The notes under the pieces: model-generated
The model's input: only the letters and a program-made list of their open reading frames with translations
Told to the model about the DNA's origin: nothing
Databases searched by the model: none
Shown: piece by piece, positions 13,811 to 25,128 of the stretch
How positions within the stretch are numbered: position 1 is the stretch's first letter
Layout: each line of letters begins with the position of its first letter
NCBI GenBank assembly: GCA_002633005.1
Contig: NMRA01000212.1
Span: 547,312 to 611,311, forward strand
Length of the DNA: 64,000 nt
Reading direction: 5' to 3'
DNA from: Phoronis australis
Lineage: Eukaryota; Animalia; Phoronida
Position numbers and translations under genes: made by a program

Positions 13811-14106
13811 CAGTGGCTGATCTAGGATACCATAAGGGGCCGGCCCAACATGTTGCCTCAGGGAATTGGGCAAAGCGCGATTGTATATGCACAGGGTGCC
13901 CGAAAGTTGTGGGAGCTGTTCAGAAAATTCATCGGTGGATTAAAAAAACGGGAACACAACTCCACCGCAATATGGGATCTGAGCCCCTCCCCCCCATACG
14001 CTACCATTTCTAGTTAGTGAGCTCTCTTTTTCTTCGCACTTCACGCTGTTTCTGTTTCATTTTGCTGGCAGCAGCCAAGGGGGGAGGGGGCGGGCCCCCG
14101 CCTATG
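13811..14106. mobile_element. MITE with 5-bp TSD
   Basis: CTATA|cagtggctgatc...ccgcctatg|CTATA; shares tgttgcctc.gggaattgggcaaagcg with 7515-7805. Confidence 0.75.
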
Positions 14107-14724
14107 CTATAGACAACTAAATACAACCTATAAATGAAAGCATTGATGGAACCAACACGTTCGTGATAGAAGACAACCTTCAAACACAATGACAACTGCA
14201 TAAAAAAGCTGAAAATCACCTATCTTGCATAACGAAAAACCAATATTAACACAAATTAGATTTGTCATTACCTCTGTATGCGCCTCACTCACATGGGAAC
14301 ATTTGTATCAAATATTACTGTATGCCACCATGTTTCAGTCCAGTTGTTAAATGTTACCAACTGTATTTAGAGATGTCAACAACCTGCAAAAGATGCATGC
14401 ATATGTTACCTCTTTCAGTCTAACATGGTTGCTTTTCAAACATCGAATGCTGGGCAGTGGTTTGTAAGCTATTGTGCCAAATCAAGGGGTATGGACAGTG
14501 TTATTTCACTGGGCTACTTTAGTCTGTCTTTACATATATTGGCGAGGTTATGTGGGTCTGTACTGAGCAGAGAAAGGCAAAAATATTGTAGGTCAGAAAA
14601 GTCTAATCATATATATGAGAACATTCAAAACCTGTCAACAGAACTTCAGAGAGTTTTGTTCTGTAACTTTTGTCATATTGTCATCAATATTTAGACCTGG
14701 TGATCACCAGATGATTGCTGGTGC

Positions 14725-16015
14725 AGCAAACCGACTTCTGCAGCAGAAATCCAACATCCTGCCAAGACTCCTCTTGTCAGGTATGTAAGTTCATTGCCGA
14801 ACTGGAAGATTCAGTCGTTCGAAGCTTGTCTGTTGATGATGTTCTTCAGAGCGCCATGCGTATGCCCTTCACAAGCTGTGCAGCTTGGCTGTTGACCCAA
14901 CAGGATTGCCCACACCTTCTCCGAAGCCATGCCCACCTGTCTCAGGGTACTTTAGCGTAAGCAAAGCAAAATCAAAGATGTCAGGCGTTATCTCAATGCG
15001 GTCTCAATCGCCAACGACGGCGTCTTAGTTGTTAAGTCAGCTGAGCCATTCCAACCACAATGTGAACGTATCATTATGCCACGCCCCGTTCTGAATGGAT
15101 TGCTCACAGCCATTCACACACGGTTTGGTCATCCATCCAAGTACTAAACAAAGCGTCTCTTTACTCGCTACTTCTTTGCACTTGACATTGATAAGGCCAT
15201 TGACGCTGTCACTTCTGCCTGTCACATCTGCCAGTCTGTCAAAACCATACATGCCTATTTCCAACCCCAGTCTACCTCCCCACCCTCCAATGTTGTCGGC
15301 TCGTCATTCGCGGCTGATATTATGCGACGTCATTGGCAGTTCATCTTTGTTATCAGGGAGACTGTCACTTCATACCCGTTAACCTCCTTAATCCAAAATG
15401 AGACTCATGATGAACTTCGAAACATTCTAGTTATTCTTTGTTCTGTATTATGCCCTGACTGAAAACGGAATAACTGTTCGAGTTGATGCGGCTCCTGGAT
15501 TCATGGCTTTGAAGAATGACCAGATTTTACTTTCACGTGGTATTCACCTTGACATTGGTCAAGTTAAGAATGTCAATAAGAATCCTGTGGCTGAACATGC
15601 AGTTGGTGAGTTGGGCATGGAAATCCTGCTTTTATCTCCAGAGGGTGGGCCAGTGTCCTCTGCAACTCTCGCCATTGCCACGTCCAATATGAAGTCCCGA
15701 GTCCGCCGCGATGGTTTGTCTTCTAATGAATTGTGGACACAGCGGGATCAAGTCACAGGTTGTCAACTGCCTATCGCCGACAGGGAGGTGATCCTCCGTC
15801 AACACCGATCCCGTATTGACAACCATCTCCCTAGTGCCATGTCAAAGTCCCGTGGTCGCGCTCATAACCCTGCACGACTCTTTGTTGGTCGGCTGGTATT
15901 CCTAAAGGTTGATCGTGACAAGACAAAGGCCCACGAGAAGTACCTTGTCACAAGCGCGTCTGACGAATGGTGTGAGCTGCGTAAGTTCACTTGCTCCCAG
16001 TTCCGTAGTAAAACT
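14725..16015 (+). mobile_element. Degenerate Ty3/Gypsy integrase fragment
   Basis: Disrupted reading frames give DFCSRN..CQVC, HHCC (HTRFGHPS...CHICQS), FAADIMRR, VRVDAAPGF, NKNPVAEHAV.E; stops and frameshifts; no LTR seen. Confidence 0.85.
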
Positions 16016-17838
16016 AACCCAGCGAATTCAACGGTCTCCTGAACAAACTTGAAGGTGAATTTGTCAGGGTTGAGGACTATGCCGTTGCGTCCACAAACAT
16101 CAAGCCATTGGCCTGGTGAAAACTGTCCGAGAGGCTCTCCGACCAGAGCAAAGCGTCATCAACGCATTTCGTGTGGTTGGGAATATCGCTGACGATCTCG
16201 TCGAACCGTCTGGTGTAGGCATCACCGGAGGCAATGTATCCTTGGGGTGCTGAGCAGTATCGATATCATCCCCATGGGGTGATGAAGGTGGTGAGGTGTC
16301 GATCGGCTTCACAAAGGGGAACACTATGGTAGCCCTTTCAGGCATCAAACACGGTCTTCTTGGTTCCGGGTGGTATAGATCGGGCTTGATGACGGGGAGC
16401 GTGTGTGGTGGGTTTCGCGGAGGGCATATTTGTTGAGCGGCTGTAAGTCGACCGTGTGGCGTGGTTTACCATTCTTCTTGGCACAGACTGCCATGCGGTG
16501 GCACCAGGTCACGGTCTCGCCCACGGGTACAGGCTCAATGACATTGAGGAGGACGTCATTATCAAGGCCAGCCTTCACCTCGGTTTGCCAGTGGAGGGGT
16601 ACAGGCACCGGGGTATGGTGTGCGACAGGAGTGGCGGTTTCGTCAATCATGAGACGCATCGGGGGGCCACTCATGCAAGGGAGGCGTTGATGGAGGCATA
16701 CGTTGAAGGTGCTGGCTTCGTAGAGATCACGCAAGTATTGTTCAAGTTGTAGTCGGTTGTCCTCAGTCGCGGGACATGGCAAATCAGTTGGAAGAGGGGG
16801 TGGTTGCTGACGGAGGGGACAACCACAAGCGAGCTCGTGCACAATGTCGGAGATGGTGTCCAGGGCAATGTCTCCAATGGTTGGGAAGTCCTGGGATATA
16901 AGCTGCAGATCGACACATGTTTCCCGGCTGAGGAATATTTTCGTGGCATCGTCAGTGACGTAGACAAGCTGCTTCGTGCGTATATGGCAGTGAAGATAAT
17001 GCTCGTAGCATCAAGTATGTTGATGCCCTGGTTGGTAGCTGTGTGCATTCTCATTTCTACTGGCATGAGGTTTCGTCTCGTCATGCCGGCTATGCAACTT
17101 TGATAACCTGTGTCGGCCATACAGCTGATGGTAGCAGTGTGGCCAGACTTGGTTGAGGGCTTGCACTCGGAGAACTCGAAGTAGTCGTAATCCGACAGGG
17201 CAATGGATGCTGTGATGGTAATGAAAGGCTGGGGCATAGAGCTAGAGCGGAACCATGTATCGGTGAGCGTGTCGAATGTGTGGTGGCTAAGCTTGATCGG
17301 GTGACTGGTGAGAGGGGTGTTGGAAGTCACACCACACACACACCATGAGTTAAACACAGCGTTGTTGGTCTCGGGGGCAGGTTTACTCTTGCACACGTCC
17401 TTGAAGTGGTTCATCTTGCCACAGAGTTTGCACATCTTCCCATAGGCTGGGCACGACTTCCTGCACAGTTGGGTTGGTGCAGAGCGGCCATGTCCCTTTT
17501 CACCGCAATACATGCAGGGTTGTGCCGGTTGTCGCTGCTGGTGCCTGTAGGAACGGCACCTTGAGATTCCAGCAGGCGGTTGGCGGAACGTTTCCCTGCC
17601 TCTTCAGCCTCAATGAATTTCAGAGTTTCCTCTAGGGACATGTCCTGGTTGTGGTCACCAAGGAGGTCGAGTTGTTTTTCTGAGTCATTTAGGCCCCGAG
17701 CCACGCAGTCTCATATAATATGTGGTCAATGTAGTTCACGGTGGCACCGCAGTTGTGATACGGCGTGACGAATTTACAAATACCTGCTTGGCCTTTCAGA
17801 CAGGTGCCAAATGCACGGTTGGGTTTGTCCCTGTCTTT
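16016..17838 (-). mobile_element. Degenerate Ty3/Gypsy (Mag-like) gag-protease-RT fragment
   Basis: Gag zinc knuckles CMYCGEKGH and CPAYGKMCKLCGKMNHFKDVC, protease MADTG, RT VIEPVP..VTWCHRM..KKNGKPRHTVDL, GYHSVPL, VDDAL, CGRNGIVLNPDKF, ending at VEFAG. Confidence 0.88.
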
Positions 17839-18132
17839 ATTTTTGTATTTGTATTGAAGGCCTCTGGCCCAAGGTACAATAAACAAAAAAATTAATCAGG
17901 CACATTTGCACAAGCAGTCAACCCATTTAAGAGTTGTTCTCGTCTTTTAAGGGCAAAATACACATATTTAACAGCAGATATATCTGGATTAGCGAGCAGG
18001 CATATACAGGATTCTTGAGTTGGATGCCTCCATTGAACTTCCTTCATAAAACGTGAACTAAGTTCACAATATCCCTTGCAAACCAACAGGAAATGGTATT
18101 CATCCTCTACAAGACCATCATTGCAAGCCATA
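17839..18132 (-). mobile_element. Non-LTR retrotransposon 3' fragment
   Basis: C-terminal zinc-finger motif CNDGLVEDEYHFLLVC followed by GGGCCAGAGGCC and an AATAAA-like tail. Confidence 0.7.
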
Positions 18133-18260
18133 CATCAGTAACGCTAGGACCTAGCTAAAAAGCAAGACTTCGTGGGATTACATGAGATATTGCCGTGCAT
18201 TTTAAATGAGAGCACGTGACTTTGACTAGGTTTTAGCTAGGTCCTAGCGTCTACTGAATG
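18133..18260. mobile_element. Small inverted-repeat element (MITE-like)
   Basis: acgctaggacctagctaaaa / ttttagctaggtcctagcgt inverted arms. Confidence 0.55.
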
Positions 18261-18269
18261 CACGCTTGG

Positions 18270-18650
18270 TCTTCAAAACAGGTGAAATCATAAGCTAGAA
18301 TTCTTAAAATTTTCGTTCTGTGATGCATCTGTAACCTGAGACAGTTTATAAAATTGCAGTGCATTGCTATTCAGAAAAGCCCACTGCCAAAAAATTGCCG
18401 ACTGATGTGTCCCTGCCTCGCGATCACCAATTGATCAATTCTTGAGAAAAAAGTAGTTTCGACTCAACAAATTACCTGAAGTCCTTAAGTTTTCAAAATA
18501 GCGTCCATGAGATTTTTAAGTTCCAAATCTGCGCTAGATAGTACTCTGTAACACGAGAAAAATCTCTGGACGCACACAGTTGTTGTTGTCACGTGACGTT
18601 TAATGTTTTGAAGTTCGTCTGCGTGTGTGAGTGAGCGAGTGTGCGTGTCA
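18270..18650 (-). repeat. Dispersed repeat, inverted homolog of 34360-34805
   Basis: Shared blocks such as gcagacgaacttcaaaac, tagcgcagatttgga and caggtaatttgtt.agtcgaaacta. Confidence 0.75.
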
Positions 18651-19928
18651 TAAAAGTTCATTTGCCAGAGTAAACGCGATGTAATGATGTAGGTGTTCAT
18701 TGTAACTAAGGAAATTAACACAAGCATGCAGTAAAGCAGAACGTGTTTTATTTTGCACTTGTTGATCTCATCTGCTAAAAACGTTCAAGGATTGTCTCGG
18801 TAAGCCCGGTCGCTAGGTGACTGGATGCATGCAACTATATCGTGCCACATATCCAACAGTGGTACGATATAGGGTATAGTGAAAACGAGCATTTAAAATG
18901 TGTTGGTTATTAAGGGTGAAATCGGCATTTCATTTCACGACCAAAACCTGTGGAAACGTCCTAATCATACTAGGAGAAACAAAAGTCCTCAAATCGGTCC
19001 CGGCTCCGCTCGTCTATGAGCACGTACGCATGCGCCCCCTGTCTTCCACTGGCCAGTACAGAAGCGCCCCCTCTGTCTTCCACTGGCCAGGCTCCGACCC
19101 CGATACGGATTCCACGCTCTGGTGCCGATAGTCATATGTGTACCACGGCGATCAAATACATACACATGCAGGGACATGACTGCCAAGCCGGGGCTGCCGT
19201 TGGGGACCAAACGACTGGCACACAGCCAAGTCGCCAGATCACCAACTATAGACCTGGCGCATGTTCCACCATAATAAAATCTATTTCGCCGCCTCTTAGG
19301 TATGTTAGGTATTCCGCTAGGGGGCAGTTTTGAGTTTTATCGAGGAGTTGTAGTTGGTCGCTGATGGTGAGCAGACATGTCTCATGATTTATCTGAACAC
19401 TGAGGCTGGACTTTGTTTTCATCTTCATACTTTCTAAAATAATGCAAACCTTTTTTACGTTACTAGAAACTTTCGGAAATAAGTGCCAGTATGTATTTCA
19501 TGCAGATGCTTAGCAATGCTACCCGTTCATGAAGAGATAGTACCTGAAGTCTAATCTTCGATGGCAGGTACTTGAATGTAGCGTGCGCTTCCTTGCCACG
19601 TGCTTTTAAGGAAGGTCAAGTTTTTGTTAGTCTTCGATTCTTTGCTTTCACGTATACAATTAAAGTTGGATTCCTGTTGAGCATGGGCGCACCCTGAGAG
19701 GGGGGTTGGAGGGCTCAAATGAGCCACCCAATTTGGCGAATTGGGCAAAAAGGTCCGCCTCAGTGAATCAAAAAGTCTGAGTAAAGGAGACAAAAGCCTA
19801 CAAAGTCCAAAGGAATTCGGCGCGGATGCACGATTGGCAGGCCTGAACCTAGTGGCCCCGTTTTTTTTTAGTCCTCGTTTTTTTTAGTAAAAGGTCTGCA
19901 TGTTGAAGAATTCTAGCCCCCCCCCCCC

Positions 19929-20303
19929 NNNNNNNNNNNNNNNNNNNNNNNNNNNNNNNNNNNNNNNNNNNNNNNNNNNNNNNNNNNNNNNNNNNNNNNN
20001 NNNNNNNNNNNNNNNNNNNNNNNNNNNNNNNNNNNNNNNNNNNNNNNNNNNNNNNNNNNNNNNNNNNNNNNNNNNNNNNNNNNNNNNNNNNNNNNNNNNN
20101 NNNNNNNNNNNNNNNNNNNNNNNNNNNNNNNNNNNNNNNNNNNNNNNNNNNNNNNNNNNNNNNNNNNNNNNNNNNNNNNNNNNNNNNNNNNNNNNNNNNN
20201 NNNNNNNNNNNNNNNNNNNNNNNNNNNNNNNNNNNNNNNNNNNNNNNNNNNNNNNNNNNNNNNNNNNNNNNNNNNNNNNNNNNNNNNNNNNNNNNNNNNN
20301 NNN
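19929..20303. other. Assembly gap
   Basis: Run of N. Confidence 1.
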
Positions 20304-21122
20304 CGGTTATTTCCGTACCCACATTTCCGGCTCATCAGTTCAGGAACTTGTCCTGAACGCCGCCATTTTTTCCTTGTAACTGAATGTGCTATGGCTTGCT
20401 CGAAAAGTCTTCATTATTTTGTTTTATTAGTAATATATCGTGATTCGTTTGCATATGTAGTGTATTTATAGTTTGTAGTTAGTGGTCGTTGATTTTTTTG
20501 GAATGTTACGCGTACTTAGTATGTTAAAATAGCATTGGTGTTTAGTTCCTTACGTAGGCGGGTCGAACCTAGGAACCAATATGGGTCGAACCAATTTTTT
20601 TCAATTTTATTTTTTTCCTCGTTTTGAAAAAGTACTTTGCTATCATCGGAAAGGTAGTACATTCTACTCAGTAAAAATCGAAAAAGTATCAAAATCGGGG
20701 CAAGCACTGTAAAGTTATTGCAAGTTTTGTGGCGAAATTTGGGTCACTTTGTTTGGATTGCGTCGGCCATATTGGAGGACAGCGGGATGAGTTCCGAGTT
20801 TAAAACTTTGTGTAAATTGTTTTCGCCAACAAATTACGGTGAAATTTAGTTAGACATATCTTTACTTACTATTCTGCATGATTTAGCAGTGTTCGCGAAA
20901 TTTCAGCCTTGCAGTTGTTACTCATTAAGTGATAAATGTGCTCACAATTCCCGTTGGACTTCGTCTCATTTCTGGCGGCACTGACAATGGCGACTTTTGT
21001 TGAACTTAGTGAAAGGCATGTTCAATCGGCTACTTTGTAATTTGTGAAGATTTAACGTTGATACATTTTGACAAACGTTGCTACAAAAAAGAAACTTTGT
21101 TCAATTTTCGTGTTTTTTGAGG

Positions 21123-21436
21123 TGGCCAGCGACCAGTTAGGCCTAAGGTAGTCTTGGCGCAAAGCTGTATAGGCCTACTGCAATTCATAGCTCTGAACAT
21201 ACCCAGTGAAACTTATAGTAAAAGATAGACATTCCCAAAAATTCCAGCCCTCCCCCATTCTTTTAGGCTTGGTGCGCTCATACAAAGTCTGGGAAAATCT
21301 CTATTGTAAGCCAACAACATTGCACAGTTCGCCAGAAGTACCCAAGTTCTAAATAAACCTCGTTTGTGCGAGCGCTGTGGCCAGCGACCAGTTAGGCCTA
21401 AGGGTAGCCTTGGCGCAAAGCTGTATAGGCCTGCTA
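21123..21436 (+). repeat. ~58-bp direct repeat pair
   Basis: tggccagcgaccagttaggcctaagg..cttggcgcaaagctgtataggcct near 21123 and 21378. Confidence 0.8.
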
Positions 21437-21629
21437 ACAAGCTGTATTTTGACTATAGTCTTCACTGGTAGCTGGTGACTGAGGCTAACTAAGGTCTACC
21501 GCGGCAGTGTGACACAGGACTAACCAGCCCGTAATTTCATGCAAGTGTCTGAAACTACCCTTGAATATATATATAATTATACTATATCATTTGACCATTT
21601 TACTTCGACAAAACAGCTTGCAACCGCAT

Positions 21630-21945
21630 GCATTTACCGTTCGCCAGTGTCTGGTCTCGATCCGCTCCGGGTCCGATAGGCTGCGGTCCCTGGCAAAATA
21701 ATTTCTGTCAAAATTTATTCGCCACATTTCTTCAGCAAATTCCATAAAATTGTCCGTAGTTTGATTTTATCAAAATTAAGGTGCGCTGTCGATTTTTTTA
21801 TCCCCGTTTGCTGGCTGGTAACAGTACAGGCACTGCTCCAGTCGCACTGACGGCGTTTTCTCGGCCTGGGTTCCTGAATGAATTGCACTTCCGGGTTCGC
21901 GGCAAGTTCAAAATGGCGGTGTTTCTTCAGGTGCGAATCGTGAGT
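21630..21945. promoter_or_regulatory. Candidate bidirectional CpG-rich promoter and first exons
   Basis: ETS-like ACTTCCGG (~21887), YY1-like AAAATGGCGG (21910-21919) overlapping ATG 21913, plus-strand donor GTGAGT at 21940 and minus-strand donor GTAAAT at 21637. Confidence 0.5.
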
Positions 21946-22200
21946 GGCGCGTTCATTTAAACTGTTTTCGAGTACGGATCATGTATTAGTTATGGGATAG
22001 GTACTTCTTGGATCTCTTCTAACCATGTAATAAGGGTTAACAACGCGTGAGAGAAGGACTTTAAATGTGATAACTTGGACATGGTACTACGGTAAAAAAT
22101 ATCCAGTTTGGAAAAGCAAAAAAGTATAGTTTTCTTAAGGTCGGACCTTTACCAACCTTCAGGAAGTGGCAATATTGGCTGTCCCAAATTTAAGAATTAA

Positions 22201-23468
22201 AGGTGAAAGCAACCTTTTTTCATGTCACTTTTAGCAAAAATAAGGTTCGTTGATTATCCCAGAAACATTTTTCACTTAATTACAGCTTTTCTCGTCCTGT
22301 ACTCCGGAAGTGACGTTTTGGGAGGCAAGAGTTTCGCGCCAATTTCTTTTCATTATAGTTTGACTGTGAGAGCTGTTGAGTCAGTCATTGTTCTACCTCG
22401 GTTGTGATGAGTTCGGTCGTCGTTTGCTTTTGTTTACAAGTCAGTCAACGTGCCATGCTGTTGCTGCGTGCCAGGATGTACTCATTATCGTCTCACACGC
22501 GCTTTGGGTACCTTGCGTCGCTTTCCGAAGGATGACGTAGTCTTGGCTAACTCCTTCATGTGAAGAATTATGCAGCGCTACCCGTCCAAGCAACGTACAA
22601 AGCAGTGACAGATATGTACGCTGAATTGATGAAGGTCCCTGCGAAACAATGCCTGAAGAACGGTACTATACTGTCGCTGTTGATTCCCGGCAGTGCCCAG
22701 GCGTCGCCAACCCCGAGAAGTGCGTTTTTGAAGCGAGAAGCCTTGCGAGCTGGGCCACTATATGTACAGTGACTGGAGGCACTTCATCTACTGTCATCCG
22801 TGCCTCCGAACGTACCCCATTCCGTGCAATTCCGGGAACTAGCAGTGATTCGCCCTGTGCTGTTGTCTCTAGCCCAGAGCCTGTAAGCTGCCCTGCAGCG
22901 ATGTTGAGTAGTGGGAGTGAATACTGAGGCCCAATTCGACACCCAGTGAAGAGGACAATTCGTCATCCAATGAACAGATCGGTGAGCTTAAGTTTGATAA
23001 GTTTATTGTGGACTTGTATTGGAGCTATTTGGAAGGCGCCAGGTGTGTGGGGAGGGAGTCACACGGTGGGATGTAAGCAGTTTGGGTGCTCAGATCACCC
23101 TTGAGTGGGAGTGTGTCGCGGGACACTCGGGCAAGTGGGACAGTTCTTCCTCTGTACGTGAGACGATAATGAATACACCCCGGTACGCAGCAACAGCGTG
23201 GCATGTTGACTGACTCGTATGCAAAAGCAAACAACGACCACATTTATCACAACCGAGGTCGAACAGTGACTGACTCGACTGCACTCACAGTCGGACTATA
23301 TGAAAAGAAATTAGCGCGAAATTCTTGCCTCCCAAAACGTCTTTTCCGGAGTAGACAATGAGTAATTAATTAAATTATGAAAAGCAGTAAATAAGTGAAA
23401 AATATGTCTGGGATAATCAACGAACCTTGTTTTTGCTAAAAATGACATGAAAAAGGTTGCCTTCGCCT
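22201..23468 (+). mobile_element. Non-autonomous Kolobok-type DNA transposon with ~300-bp TIRs
   Basis: TTAA flanks (22197-22200, 23469-23472), AGG...CCT termini, 22201-22500 inverted at 23155-23468. THAP remnant (PCCCCVPGC...RRFPKD) and transposase-like KFIVD..LELF..QVC...G....EWECVAGH..KWDS. Confidence 0.8.
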
Positions 23469-23619
23469 TTAAAATCAACAACACGTGAACTTCACCTCGA
23501 TGTTACAGATGGGTACTCAACATAAAAATGTTGGGTCGGTGGCCCTTTTCAACGATTTAGCAACAGTCAATATATTTTCAGATTTGAAGCACAATTTCTG
23601 GTATTTCATAAATTTCTCA

Positions 23620-23925
23620 AATGCAAACATGATGGCGTTTTCCCGTTCAGTGACTTTACCAGACGAAGAGGGTTCTGAGCTTGTATTAAGATCTAGCTTC
23701 TTTGTTAACTGCCAAGTACAGTCTTTTGTCTGTATGACAGCAGGTACGCCAATTATCTACCAGGCTTATTACAAACCAGGTGCGAACACCATCAAACCCA
23801 GAGTGAATTGGTATATTCGGAAAGAATAGATTATCGTAACTTCGGTTGTAGTTGGGCGATTTTAGAGTGTCAAAAACTAAACGTGATCACCATTTGATGA
23901 GGATTTCAGAAATGTTATTGGTTTA
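23620..23925 (-). repeat. Dispersed repeat, inverted homolog of 35270-35590
   Basis: Shared aaaatcgcccaactacaac.gaagtta, gacaaaagactg and ggcagtta.caaaaga. Confidence 0.7.
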
Positions 23926-24269
23926 TGTTTAAATATTTTGTAAATTAACTTTTATATTTAACAGCACAGCCCAGTCAGGCTAGATACGATCTTATAGAAG
24001 ATTAGAGCAATTATCGAACAAAAGAGAGCTGGCCCTCCAATCATGAATGCCAGAATGGAGTAATCAGCGCTGTAAGATATTGGCTACAGGGGTAAACTTC
24101 CCAACTTGTTGTTGGGCTATAGAACCAAACAAGTTGGGAGCAACAGGAAAACGCCTTAATGAAAAATCAACCACGTCCCAATATTCAGAATCAAAAAAGT
24201 TAAATCTTGTCTTGAATTTTTGTGTCCAAATTTTAAATACTTTCGCAAACTGGAGGATGTTTACTGTAT

Positions 24270-24940
24270 ATCATGATTATTTCATTTCAACAGATATTTA
24301 TGGAATTTTGGTGGTGCGTTTATTATGTAGTTGACATTAAAGGTTGTGGATGGATCATACTACTGGTGTGCCCCCTAGTGGCAATTTTAGTTTTTTCTGT
24401 CATTCACTCTGCATCATCATCAAGGGTCGACGGATTTTCATAAAATTTGGCAGATAGGCATCTATTAGTGAGGTGACACTGTCCTCTGGTTTTCGTTTGA
24501 ATAATAAGCATTTTGCGCCACCTAGTGGCCATTTTCACTATTTTCGAGTTTTGTTATTTGGCATCTGCCCTTTTGTCAACCAAACCACTGAAGGATGTTT
24601 GTGGAAATTGGCATGTATGTTCCTAATCTGAAGAAGAAGTATGAAGATTTTCCGACAACTTCATCTACTGTGGTGCCTCTTAGTGGCTGTTATGTTTTTT
24701 TTGCTTCTAGGCTCCTAGTGGCAATTTCATTTTTTTCTCATCTTTGTTTCTCAGAAGTTTCTTGACGGATTTTCAAGAAATTTGATTTATATCCTTGATG
24801 ACACGTACCAGCTTTAGGATGGATTCGATGTATTTTGCACCATCTAGTGGCCATCTTTATGTTCCAAATAAACACCCCTAGAAGCACACCATTTTCGATG
24901 CATTCGTGGGCACATTTCAATGCTCCGCGTTGCTCTTGTT
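24270..24940 (+). mobile_element. Helentron/DINE-like non-autonomous element, 3' part
   Basis: Internal CTAGTGGC subrepeats; ends gtgggcacatttcaatgctccgcgttgctcttgtt, near-identical to 32185-32242. Confidence 0.6.
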
Positions 24941-24979
24941 TAACATTTGATATTCTTGTACTTAATATGCTTTCCGTAG

Positions 24980-25128
24980 GTTTTTGTGCATACTACGTCC
25001 TTCATGGAGTGCTCAGCGAACGGCCATACGAGTTAATTGTATTTATTGGCGCCACTTTCCTGCTTTTGATCTACATTTTCATGGACTATATTATGGACCA
25101 CTTTAGATCCACCAACACTGTGAATTTG
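24980..25128 (+). CDS. Membrane protein exon (GFCAYYVLHGVLSERPYEL...TVNL)
   Basis: ccgtag acceptor (phase 1), TTG|GTAAGT donor. Confidence 0.85.

Noticed and set aside
23485-23829. 114-aa ORF as the missing N-terminal exon of the membrane protein
   Set aside because: Mostly lies in a dispersed repeat (inverted copy at 35270-35590) and has no family-like motifs.
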